From: Candidatus Sulfomarinibacteraceae bacterium
Lineage (GTDB): Bacteria > Acidobacteriota > Thermoanaerobaculia > Thermoanaerobaculales > Sulfomarinibacteraceae
DNA: 64,000 nt
Direction of reading: 5' to 3'
NCBI GenBank assembly: GCA_963796455.1
Contig: CAWCLO010000001.1
Coordinates: 1,184,001-1,248,000, forward strand
How positions within the stretch are numbered: the stretch's first letter is position 1; each line of letters opens with the position of its first letter. Under the pieces are notes generated by a model that saw nothing but the letters and a program-made list of their open reading frames with translations, was not told the origin of the DNA and made no database searches. Shown piece after piece: positions 50,074-59,009 of this stretch. Position numbers and translations under genes: made by a program.

Positions 50074-50100
50074 AGAAGGAGGAGATTATCCGGTGCGTCC
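50045..50100 (-). ncRNA. Candidate small RNA with an anti-SD motif
   Basis: TCGACA-16 nt-TATATT upstream, CTCCTCCTT core, intrinsic terminator, no ORF. Expression not shown. Confidence 0.45.
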
Positions 50101-50298
50101 AATACCAATATAGATTGAATCTCGATTCTGTCGAGTGAGCCCGATCACACCCTCGGTTGGCGGGCCCGAAGGCGCGTTTCGCAGACGACGGCCCAACGGT
50201 GACGGGCACATCGGAATCGGGCACGGGCGCGGACTCGGACGCGGGCACGGATTCAGGTGGGGATGGCCAGAGGGCGATCGGCTGATACACTCTCCGCG

Positions 50299-51741
50299 AT
50301 GACGATTTCGACCTTGGATCTCATGCAGGTACCTCCCGGGCGGCGGATCTACGCCAACCGAACGCTCAATCTGCGGACAATCCGTGCCATCGGCTACGAC
50401 ATGGACTACACCCTGGTCCACTATCGAACGGATGTCTGGGAACGCCGCGCCTACGACCGCGCAAAGGAACTGCTCACCGAGGAGGGCTGGCCGGTCGGCA
50501 GCCTCGAGTTCGATCCCGAGTTCGTGATCCAGGGCCTCGTCATCGATATGGAGCTCGGCAATATCGTCAAGGCCAACCAGTTCGGCTATGTGATGCGCGC
50601 CGCCCACGGCACCCGGCTCATGTCCTTCGAAGAGCAGCGCGATGCCTATCGCCACACTCCGGTAGATCTCTCGGAACCCAGGTTTTCCTTTCTCAATACT
50701 CTCTTTTCACTTTCCGAAAGCTGTCTCTATGCGCAGCTCGTCGATCTATATGACCAAAATCGTTTTCCCCAGGTACACGGCTACGAGGATCTGTTCCGGA
50801 AGGTCCGCGCATGCCTCGATGAAGCCCACGTCGAAGGCACCATCAAGGCCGAGATCATGGCCGACCCCGAGCCATATATCGTTCTCGATCCACAAGCTCC
50901 ACAGGCGCTGTTCGACCAACTCAAGGCGGGCAAACGGCTGATGCTCATTTCAAACGCCGAATGGCCGTACGCCAAAGAAATCATGTCCTACGCCTACGAT
51001 CGATTCCTGGAACCGGGCGTGACCTGGCGAGACCTCTTCGAGTTGGTGATCGTCGGAGCCCGCAAACCGAGTTTCTTTCTCCACAATCTGCCGCTCTTTT
51101 CGATCGCAGACGAAGAAAAGGGCTTGCTGCAACCTGTACCGGCGGCGATTCCCGGTCCGGGCGCATACCTCGGTGGCAGCGCCTCGCTGGTGGAGGACTA
51201 TCTGGGTGTGTCCGGAGCTTCGATTCTCTATGTCGGCGACCATATTTTTGCCGACGTCAAGATGTCGAAATCGGCTCTGCGGTGGCGCACCGCATTGATT
51301 CTGCGCGAACTCGAGGACGAGCTGGCTGCGGTGGAAGCCTTCCGGGACACCGAGAAGCAACTGATCGAGATGATGGCGGCAAAGACCCAACTCGAATCGA
51401 AGCACAGTGTCGCTCGCCTGGCCCTGCAACGGTTGAATGCCGGATATGGCGAACAACCAACACACCCTGCCCATGAGATCGAGAAGGAGATCACCGAACT
51501 CCGGTCACGAACCGAGGAGCTCGATGCGCGCATCGCCCCGCTGGCCCGCAAGGCCTCCGAACTCGAAAACCCCCGCTGGGGCGGTCTGCTCAGATCCGGA
51601 AATGACAAGAGCCATCTCGCGAGTCAGATCGAGCGCTCCGCAGACATCTACACCTCGAGGATCTCGAACTTTCTTTTCACCACTCCATTCGCGTACCTCC
51701 GCAGCCAACGCGGCAGCATGCCACACGACCCGATCGTCTGA
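50299..51741 (+). CDS. HAD-IG family 5'-nucleotidase (cN-II-like)
   Basis: IYANRTLNL..IGYDMDYTL, ARKPSFF, LYVGDHIFADV, WRTALI, ADIYTS. Confidence 0.9.
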   Translation: MTISTLDLMQVPPGRRIYANRTLNLRTIRAIGYDMDYTLVHYRTDVWERRAYDRAKELLTEEGWPVGSLEFDPEFVIQGLVIDMELGNIVKANQFGYVMRAAHGTRLMSFEEQRDAYRHTPVDLSEPRFSFLNTLFSLSESCLYAQLVDLYDQNRFPQVHGYEDLFRKVRACLDEAHVEGTIKAEIMADPEPYIVLDPQAPQALFDQLKAGKRLMLISNAEWPYAKEIMSYAYDRFLEPGVTWRDLFELVIVGARKPSFFLHNLPLFSIADEEKGLLQPVPAAIPGPGAYLGGSASLVEDYLGVSGASILYVGDHIFADVKMSKSALRWRTALILRELEDELAAVEAFRDTEKQLIEMMAAKTQLESKHSVARLALQRLNAGYGEQPTHPAHEIEKEITELRSRTEELDARIAPLARKASELENPRWGGLLRSGNDKSHLASQIERSADIYTSRISNFLFTTPFAYLRSQRGSMPHDPIV

Positions 51742-51751
51742 GACTATTTTG

Positions 51752-52570
51752 ATGTCCTCAGCCGAACACACGGTCGCCGCCGTCAGTTTCTTGAACGCCC
51801 GGCCGCTGATCGACGGTCTCGAGCATGAGCCCTCCATCGAATTGCTTACCGATGTGCCGAGCCGGTTGTTGGAGACCCTGATCGAGCGACGCGCCGATGT
51901 GGCGCTGTGTCCGGTGATCGATTTTCAGAGGGCCTCCCCCGACCTGTGCGTCGTGCCGGCGGGCGCCATCGGGTCGGACGGACCAACCCACACGGTCCGG
52001 GTCTTTTCGAGACTGCCGATCGTCGATCTCGAACGGGTCCACACCGATTCCGACAGTCACACCTCGGTGGCTCTACTCGAAGTGGTATTGGAGGCCCGTC
52101 ACGGACGCCGCCCCGAGCTCGTCACCCTGAAACCAGGATCCACGGTCACCGGCGCCCCCCCCGACGCCGTCCTCCTGATTGGCGACAAAGTTGTCCACAA
52201 CGAGCCTGACGCGGCCGTTTACCCATACCAGATCGACCTCGGTGACGCGTGGAAAGAGCTCACAGGCCTGCCCTTCGTTTTTGCCACATGGCTCGCCCAT
52301 CGGGACAGCGACCTCGGCGGTCTCCCCGACCTGCTGCGGCACTGCCGCGATCGGAATCTGGCCCGGATTCCGGAGATCGCGTCCGACCACGCCGATGGCT
52401 GGCCCGCCGACCTCGCCCGCCGCTATCTCGGACAGATCCTTCAGTACCGTCTCGGCGATCGCGAGTTCGAGTCGATCGAACTCTTCTGGTCACGTTGCCA
52501 CGAACTGGGGTTGATCGAGCGACTGCGGCCGATGAAGATTTACGGGGAAATCCAACACACCAGGGGATAA
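51752..52570 (+). CDS. mqnA: Chorismate dehydratase (futalosine menaquinone pathway)
   Basis: VSFLNARPL, IGSDGP, SHTSVAL, LLIGD, DLGDAWKELTGLPFVFATW. Confidence 0.88.
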   Translation: MSSAEHTVAAVSFLNARPLIDGLEHEPSIELLTDVPSRLLETLIERRADVALCPVIDFQRASPDLCVVPAGAIGSDGPTHTVRVFSRLPIVDLERVHTDSDSHTSVALLEVVLEARHGRRPELVTLKPGSTVTGAPPDAVLLIGDKVVHNEPDAAVYPYQIDLGDAWKELTGLPFVFATWLAHRDSDLGGLPDLLRHCRDRNLARIPEIASDHADGWPADLARRYLGQILQYRLGDREFESIELFWSRCHELGLIERLRPMKIYGEIQHTRG

Positions 52571-52651
52571 TCCCTCTCTTAGGATGCCGAAGGGCCCGCC
52601 GGTGAATCGGGAAGATTGAGCAGCCGCGCGAGGCGGGCCGGAGGGAAGGTG

Positions 52652-52876
52652 TCACGCCTCGTGAATTGGGGCGTCTTCTTCATACTCCAGGAGCTCACCT
52701 GGTTGACAATTCAATGCCCGACACAGGGCATCGAGAGTGGTGAAACGAATCGCTCGTGCTTTGTTGGTTTTCAGAATTGAGAGGTTGGCGAGGGTGATCC
52801 CGACTTGTTCCGCGAGCTCGGTCAGCGACATCTTCCGCCGAACCAGCATGAGGTCGAGGTTGATTTGGATAGGCAT
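52652..52876 (-). CDS. Cro/C1-type HTH regulator (YozG-like)
   Basis: MSLTELAEQVGITLANLSILKTNKARAIRFTTLDALCRALNCQPGELL. Confidence 0.92.
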   Translation of the reverse strand: MPIQINLDLMLVRRKMSLTELAEQVGITLANLSILKTNKARAIRFTTLDALCRALNCQPGELLEYEEDAPIHEA

Positions 52877-52892
52877 GGTCAGTCCATCCTGG

Positions 52893-53576
52893 TCAAACGG
52901 TCAGAGACTGTTCTTCTTTCAGCGCCTGCTCATGGTTCTGGATCTCGTTTCCTCTGGCGAGAATAATGCCGACCACCAGGAAAAGGAGACCCACGACCAA
53001 GACGTCCTTGTCGAACGTGATCGCCGGTCGCAGATTCAAGTTGGTGACCTGGATGTTCGATAAGACGTAGTCGGCGAGAGCGTAGTCCAATGGGGGCAGG
53101 GCGACACCCAGAATCAAGATGCTGTAGCCGCACCGTCGGAACAAACCACCATTGGCCGGATCAAACGGCCGATCATCGAGCACGTTTTTCAAGACCCTGC
53201 GCAGCATCCAGATCACGTAGAAAATGACCAACATCGCCACCAGGAATCTTCCCAGAGAGGCGAACTGGAGCCACCATTCGGTGGTCAGCAGGCGGAGTTC
53301 TCCGCGCGCCTTCACCAGACTCGCTTTCTCGATTCCGGGGTCTCGCGAGGAGGCAGTCGGCGGCCCGATCTCGAGAGGCATGGCCGGCAAGAGGGATCTC
53401 TCTCCGACCACGACCTGGACGGTCGCGTCGGCAGCCGTCTGTCCGTCGGCCATGAGGAGCGGAGAGATCGCGAGCCAACCCGCGAGTACGACGACGGAGA
53501 GCCCACCGAGGACGAGAACGACATCAAACCAGATTTTCAAAACCCGCACCGGGAGGACCTTGGTCGTTGCTTTCAT
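52893..53576 (-). CDS. DUF2975-like membrane protein
   Basis: Four TM segments, PFDPAN, C-terminal LKEEQSLTV; usual pairing with a YozG-type HTH gene. Confidence 0.8.
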   Translation of the reverse strand: MKATTKVLPVRVLKIWFDVVLVLGGLSVVVLAGWLAISPLLMADGQTAADATVQVVVGERSLLPAMPLEIGPPTASSRDPGIEKASLVKARGELRLLTTEWWLQFASLGRFLVAMLVIFYVIWMLRRVLKNVLDDRPFDPANGGLFRRCGYSILILGVALPPLDYALADYVLSNIQVTNLNLRPAITFDKDVLVVGLLFLVVGIILARGNEIQNHEQALKEEQSLTV

Positions 53577-53602
53577 GGTTAGCCTCCTTGGAGCACGCCC
53601 CG

Positions 53603-53655
53603 ATTATAGATCCTCATTTATTGAAAAACAATAAAAAAATATCGAATTCCAATAA
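53603..53655 (-). promoter_or_regulatory. Promoter and operator of the DUF2975-HTH operon
   Basis: Minus strand TTGTTT-17 nt-TATAAT; palindrome TTTATTG-N5-CAATAAA at 53617-53635; degenerate second site at 53639-53655. Confidence 0.72.
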
Positions 53656-53819
53656 TACATCGATGAAAAGTATATCCTTCAGAATTGCCCGGGACTCGCG
53701 ATCTGGACCACCCCAGCTCAGACCGCTTGGGTGTCTGGAGATCGCGCTTCGAGTCGGTCAAGGCGGTCGCGACTCGGTGATCAAACCCAGGATCAACACG
53801 GGTGTACTAAGCTGGAGAC

Positions 53820-55358
53820 GTGCCCACCGAAGCCTCTTCCGACGCCAGATCGACGAGTCAGAAAACCGGCCTTCTCCTGGGCCCCATCCTGTTCTGCGTG
53901 ACCCTGTTTCTGGGTCTCGATTCTTCCAGCCCAACGGTCACCAACATGGCGGCGGTGGCGGTGCTGATGGCGACCTGGTGGATCACCGATGCCGTCCCCC
54001 TGTCAGCCACCGCGCTTTTGCCGCTGGTGCTCTATCCCCTGCTGGGAATCATGAAGACCCGTGAGTGTGCGCCGATCTACGTCAACAGCACGATCTTTCT
54101 CTTCATCGGTGGTTTCATGATTGCCGTGACGATGGAGAAGTGGCGCCTGCACAAGCGAATCGCGCTGTGGATCATCCGGCGGATCGGGGGCGGGCCGTCG
54201 CGCATCATCCTCGGTTTCATGATCGCGTCGGCATTTCTCTCGATGTGGATCTCCAATACCGCCACCGCCATCATGATGGTACCCATCGCCATGGCAATCG
54301 TCCTGCAGCTCGAGGAGAGGTCCGGAATGAGCTCGTGCCACCCCTTCACGGTTGCGCTGATGCTCGGTATTGCCTACGCATGCTCGCTGGGCGGCATGGC
54401 GACCCTGGTCGGCACGCCGCCGAATTTGTCGTTCGCGAGGATTTTCGAGATCACTTTCCCGAATGCGGAGCCCATCGCCTTCGGGCAATGGTTGGTGATG
54501 GCGATTCCCATCACCCTGATTCTACTGACCATCGTGTGGTTGCTTCTGACGCGAGTGTTTTTCCGCTTCGGAAAATCCTTCGAGGTCGACCGCGAGGTCG
54601 TCAATCGCGAGTACACGGCCCTCGGCGGCGTATCGTTCGAAGAGCGGGCGGTGCTGGCGGTCTTCGTGGCCACCGCCTTCGGTTGGGTCTTTCGCAAGGA
54701 CCTCGTGCTCGGCTTTCTGACGATCCCGGGATGGTCGCGGCTGCTGCCCCACGCGGATCTGATCGATGACGCCACGGTCGCCATCGGTATGGCGATGATC
54801 CTGTTTTTCATCCCGACGCGCAGCCGGAATGCCCCCAGCCGCATGGTGATGGGAGTCGACGTGTTCACCAAGATCCCGTGGCACATCGTGATTCTGTTCG
54901 GAGGCGGTTTCGCCCTCGCGCAGGGCTTCCGGGTCACCGGTCTCTCGGAGATGATCGGAACCAGGTTCGCGGGCCTCGAGGGAACGCCTCCTTACGCCAT
55001 GATCGTACTGGTCTGCGGCGGCCTCACCTTCCTCACCGAATTGACCTCCAACATCGCGACAACCGAAATGATCCTGCCGATCCTCGCCTCGGTGGCGGTC
55101 GCCATGAAGGCCAACCCGCTGCTGCTGATGATCCCGGCTACGCTGTCGGCGTCGTGCGCCTTCATGATGCCCGTGGCCACTCCTCCGAACGCCATCATCT
55201 TCGCCAGCGGCCGGATCAAGATCGCCGAGATGGCCAGGGTCGGTCTCGCCATCAACCTGATCGGCGTGTTGGTTATCTCCCTGGTGTTCTATTTCCTCGG
55301 GTCCGCGGTTTTCGGCATCGAAACCGCGGTCTTCCCGACGTGGGCGGAGTCTAGATAG
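53820..55358 (+). CDS. SLC13/DASS family sodium:dicarboxylate or sulfate symporter
   Basis: WWITDAVP, SMWISNTAT, GTPPN, LFGGGFALA, TELTSN, FMMPVATPPNA. Confidence 0.92.
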   Translation: MPTEASSDARSTSQKTGLLLGPILFCVTLFLGLDSSSPTVTNMAAVAVLMATWWITDAVPLSATALLPLVLYPLLGIMKTRECAPIYVNSTIFLFIGGFMIAVTMEKWRLHKRIALWIIRRIGGGPSRIILGFMIASAFLSMWISNTATAIMMVPIAMAIVLQLEERSGMSSCHPFTVALMLGIAYACSLGGMATLVGTPPNLSFARIFEITFPNAEPIAFGQWLVMAIPITLILLTIVWLLLTRVFFRFGKSFEVDREVVNREYTALGGVSFEERAVLAVFVATAFGWVFRKDLVLGFLTIPGWSRLLPHADLIDDATVAIGMAMILFFIPTRSRNAPSRMVMGVDVFTKIPWHIVILFGGGFALAQGFRVTGLSEMIGTRFAGLEGTPPYAMIVLVCGGLTFLTELTSNIATTEMILPILASVAVAMKANPLLLMIPATLSASCAFMMPVATPPNAIIFASGRIKIAEMARVGLAINLIGVLVISLVFYFLGSAVFGIETAVFPTWAESR

Positions 55359-55377
55359 ACTGAAGCAGACGCTCGGT

Positions 55378-55740
55378 CTAGGCTTCTGAAGTTCGTTCCG
55401 GCCACCAGCGATATTTCTCCATATCGAGTTTCCCGTTGTCCAGGAATTCGACACCCTCCTCCTCGAGCAGCGATCGCTGAAGACCCTTGGGAAAGTCCGG
55501 CAAACGATCGGTGGAACAACCGCCCGAGGCATTGACGACCCGCTGCCACGGAAGTCCATCCGGGCAACGGTGGAGCATCCAGCCCACCGCCCGCGGCGAC
55601 AAACGACCACCGAGAACGGTCGAAATCTGGCCGTAGCTCATGACTCGACCGCGCGGGATCCGCCGCACCAGTTCGGTCACCTGTTGCTGCGCGTTGAGGC
55701 GCTCGCCTTCGATATCGCCGTGGACTCGCTTTGCGGTCAT
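55378..55740 (-). CDS. Alkyltransferase-like (MGMT family) protein
   Basis: IPRGRVMSYGQI, PRAVG, PWQRVV (Trp replaces the catalytic Cys of PCHR). Confidence 0.85.
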   Translation of the reverse strand: MTAKRVHGDIEGERLNAQQQVTELVRRIPRGRVMSYGQISTVLGGRLSPRAVGWMLHRCPDGLPWQRVVNASGGCSTDRLPDFPKGLQRSLLEEEGVEFLDNGKLDMEKYRWWPERTSEA

Positions 55741-55773
55741 ATCACCCAGCCTACCACCCTATCCGCTCCGGCT

Positions 55774-55864
55774 CCCGATCCCGATCCCGAAGGGGAGAAA
55801 GGGAGAAAGGGAGAAAGGGAGAACGCACCACACGATGCTCGATACTCGATGCTGGATGCTGGAT
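55774..55864 (+). repeat. CCCGAT hexamers, AAAGGGAGA 9-mers and the GATGCTG module
   Basis: Colinear with 6441-6501. Confidence 0.88.
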
Positions 55865-55947
55865 CTGCCACCCACATCGCACAGGGCAGAGGGGAAAAGG
55901 AGAACCGTTCGGCACCGGTTTCGCACGCATGCGAATGTCGCCTCCCG

Positions 55948-56065
55948 ATGTCATCCTGAGCGGAGCCCCACAGGGCGTAGTCGAAGGATCTATGTGATGG
56001 ACCGAAGCCTCCTTGTCCGCAGATCCTTCGACTCGGCCGTCGGACGGCCTCCCTCAGGATGACAT
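55948..56065. repeat. REP/MITE-like palindromic element, copy 3
   Basis: ATGTCATCCTGAG...AGTCGAAGGATCT...AGATCCTTCGACT...CTCAGGATGACAT. Confidence 0.9.
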
Positions 56066-56230
56066 CTTGAACGATAGTTCCGCTCCCGATCCCGTTCCCG
56101 ATCCCGAATGGGGCTGACCGTACCCCAGGGTTGAGGGAGCGTTCACTATCGCTATCGGAATCGCTATCGAACGGCTGCTATGGATACCGACCTCGTAAGA
56201 GAGACAGGGCCTCACCGGTTCGGTCGATCA

Positions 56231-56336
56231 TGATAAGGGCCGCATCTCCTCTGCTCCTCTGCTCCTCTGCTCCTCTGCTCCTCTGCTCCTCTCTCCTCTG
56301 CTCCTCTGCTCCTCTGCTCCTCTGCTCCTCTGCTCC
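56231..56336 (+). repeat. TGATAAGGG anchor followed by about 11 CCTCTGCT units
   Basis: Seen directly; ends just before the putative priA -10 box. Confidence 0.93.
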
Positions 56337-56352
56337 GGGGTACTATGGCTCG

Positions 56353-58770
56353 GTGTTCGCTCACGTCGCCATCCCCCGCAGCACGCCCGATGCGTTGACC
56401 TACGAGATCCCCGAAGATCTTGTTCGTTTTGCCAAGCCCGGGGTCAGGGTTCGGGTCCCACTGCGCAAGAGGAAGGTGACCGGTGTGGTCATCGCGGTGT
56501 CCGAGACCACCGATTTGGAGCCCAAATCCATTCGTTCACTGACCGAGGTCCTCGATCCCGAGCCCCTGCTGCCGCCGCATCTTTTCCACCTCGCGCGTTT
56601 TGTCTCAGAATATTATCGTTGCCCGCTCGGCGACACCCTGGCCGCCATGCTGCCAACCGGGTTGATGCGCTCGGATGGCGAGATCGCCCGGCTGACGACC
56701 CGGGGCGCGGGCTTTGACGCCGCCACCCTGCCGGCTAAGCAGGAGGCGATTCTCAGCGAATTGCAGGCATCAACCAAGGTGGGAGTGCCCGCGCTCCTGT
56801 CGCGAACCGGGGTCAAGGGCCGGGGGCCGTTGGATGCCCTCATCCACGAAGGACTGGCATCGGTCGGCCGACTCCGACGCGACCGGGCACCGGAGGCCGA
56901 GGTCACCGCGGTCCGCCTGGTCGATGAAGAAGTCGAGAGCCTGCTCGAAAGATGTCGCCGCGCGCCCCGTCGTCGGGAGGTGATCGAGTGGCTTTCGGAG
57001 CAGGGACGTCCGGCTCTCGCCAGCGAGGTCTGCGCGGCTGTCGGGTGTTCACCGTCGACACTCCGGGCCATGACCGAAGCGGGTCTTCTGACCAGTTTTC
57101 GGCAGGCGGCTCCCCGCCGTCCGCGTTGGGTGCTCAAAGCATCGGAAGAACGACTCACTCTGACCGATGAACAACAGCATGTGGTTGACGAGACCTCGAA
57201 GGCGATCTCCAGGCAGCACTACGCTCCGATCCTCCTCGAGGGAATCACCGGGTCGGGAAAGACAGAGGTGTATCTCAGGTGTCTGGAGAAGGTCCTGGCC
57301 GAGGGCCGCAGCGGGCTGGTGCTGGTGCCGGAAATCGGCCTCACCCCGGCTGCGTCCGGGGCCGTTGAACGCCGGTTTGGATCTCGCGCCGCCGTCTTGC
57401 ATTCGGCGCTCTCCGAGGGCGATCGGTGGCGGGAGTGGAAGCGCATCCGCAATGGCGAGGCGACCGTTGTGGTGGGGCCCCGATCGGCCCTCTTCGCGCC
57501 CTTCGACAAGCTCGGGCTGATCGTGGTCGACGAGGAACACGATGCAGCCTACAAACAACAGGAATCACCCCGCTACAACGCCCGCGATCTGGCCCTGGTC
57601 ACAGCGCAGCATCTCGATGTGCCGGTGATGTTGTGTTCGGCAACACCATCGCTGGAAAGTTCGGCACTGGTGGAACGCGGGCTCGCCACGAGGCTCCAAC
57701 TGACCCGGCGGGTCGCCGGCGGATCGCTCCCTGAGGTGGAGTTGGTCGATCTCCGCTGCGAAGCACCGGAACCGGGAGAACAGGGCCGAACGCTCTTTTC
57801 CAGACGACTTCGAGAATTGCTCGGCGAGACCATCGATCGGGGCGAACAGGCCATCTTGTTGATGCAGCGCCGCGGCTGGGCCCCGATCCTCCTGTGCCGC
57901 GACTGCGGCCACCGGATCGAGTGTCCGGACTGTTCGGTGTCACTGGTGGTCCATCAACGATCCGGAGACCTCCGCTGCCACTACTGCGGTCACCACGACG
58001 TCTCACCATCGGTCTGTCCCGAGTGCAACGGCGATCTTCTCGACGCGGTCGGCGCCGGTACCGAAAAGGTCGCCCACCATCTGCAGTCGATCTTTCCCGA
58101 CGTCCGGTCGGCGATTCTCGACCGCGACACCGTTCGCCGACGCTCCGGTCTGCAGGAAACTCTGGGTGCCTTTGCCTCCGGCGCCGTCCAGGTGCTCATC
58201 GGAACCCAGATGGTGGCCAAGGGCCACCACTTTCCCGGCGTCACCCTGACCGGAGTGATCTCGGCCGACGCCATGCTCGGTCTGCCCGATTTCCGAGCCG
58301 GCGAACGAACCTTCCAGCTTCTGACCCAGCTGGCCGGCCGTTCGGGCCGCGGCGAACGACCCGGCCGGGTGGTGATCCAAACCTACTACCCGATGCACCC
58401 TGCGGTCAGACTTGCGTGCAAGCACGACGTCACGACCTTTCTCGAAGAAGAGATGGTCTACCGCCGGAGTTTCTCCTACCCACCGTTGACCCGTCTGGCT
58501 CTGATCCGCTTCGAGGCCACAGACGAGCGTCGATGCCGATCGGCAGCCGAAGACGCAGCTCGTGCCGCCGCGCCTGTTCCAGAGAGGGTTCGTCTTCGCG
58601 GTCCATCACCGGCCCCATTGGAGAGGATACGCTCCAATTGGCGGTGGCAGATCCTCCTTTCGGCGGCAAATCGTGAACTCCTGCGCGATGTTCTGGCCCG
58701 CATCGAGGCCCGGCCGCTGGCCAACGGCGTCCGCCGAATCGTCGACGTGGATCCCTTGTCGACCTTGTAG
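56353..58770 (+). CDS. priA: Primosomal protein N'
   Basis: GITGSGKTEVY, LVPEIGLT, DEEH, SATPSLES, Cys-rich zinc motifs, GTQMVAKG, PDFRAGER, QLAGRSGR, VDVDP. Confidence 0.96.
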   Translation: MFAHVAIPRSTPDALTYEIPEDLVRFAKPGVRVRVPLRKRKVTGVVIAVSETTDLEPKSIRSLTEVLDPEPLLPPHLFHLARFVSEYYRCPLGDTLAAMLPTGLMRSDGEIARLTTRGAGFDAATLPAKQEAILSELQASTKVGVPALLSRTGVKGRGPLDALIHEGLASVGRLRRDRAPEAEVTAVRLVDEEVESLLERCRRAPRRREVIEWLSEQGRPALASEVCAAVGCSPSTLRAMTEAGLLTSFRQAAPRRPRWVLKASEERLTLTDEQQHVVDETSKAISRQHYAPILLEGITGSGKTEVYLRCLEKVLAEGRSGLVLVPEIGLTPAASGAVERRFGSRAAVLHSALSEGDRWREWKRIRNGEATVVVGPRSALFAPFDKLGLIVVDEEHDAAYKQQESPRYNARDLALVTAQHLDVPVMLCSATPSLESSALVERGLATRLQLTRRVAGGSLPEVELVDLRCEAPEPGEQGRTLFSRRLRELLGETIDRGEQAILLMQRRGWAPILLCRDCGHRIECPDCSVSLVVHQRSGDLRCHYCGHHDVSPSVCPECNGDLLDAVGAGTEKVAHHLQSIFPDVRSAILDRDTVRRRSGLQETLGAFASGAVQVLIGTQMVAKGHHFPGVTLTGVISADAMLGLPDFRAGERTFQLLTQLAGRSGRGERPGRVVIQTYYPMHPAVRLACKHDVTTFLEEEMVYRRSFSYPPLTRLALIRFEATDERRCRSAAEDAARAAAPVPERVRLRGPSPAPLERIRSNWRWQILLSAANRELLRDVLARIEARPLANGVRRIVDVDPLSTL

Positions 58771-58860
58771 GGTGGTGATTTGAGGTGGAGTATTCTCGAG
58801 AGTTCGCCAGATCGGCAGAACCACAAAAACTGCCAGGATCACCCATCATCCATCTCATAT

Positions 58861-58917
58861 CGCAGATAGGCACAGACAAGACGGAAAACAATCTGCGTTC
58901 ATCTGCGTGATCTGCGG
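58861..58917. repeat. Inward-facing CGCAGAT 9-mer units
   Basis: cgcagataggcacagac ... atctgcgttcatctgcgtgatctgcgg. Confidence 0.75.
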
Positions 58918-59009
58918 TGACTCCGCGCGATGTGCCCCACACCCTTAACTAGATGGTTCGTTCCTGCTCATCATTTGTTATGCTTTCCGACAATGAAGAT
59001 GGTTGGATA

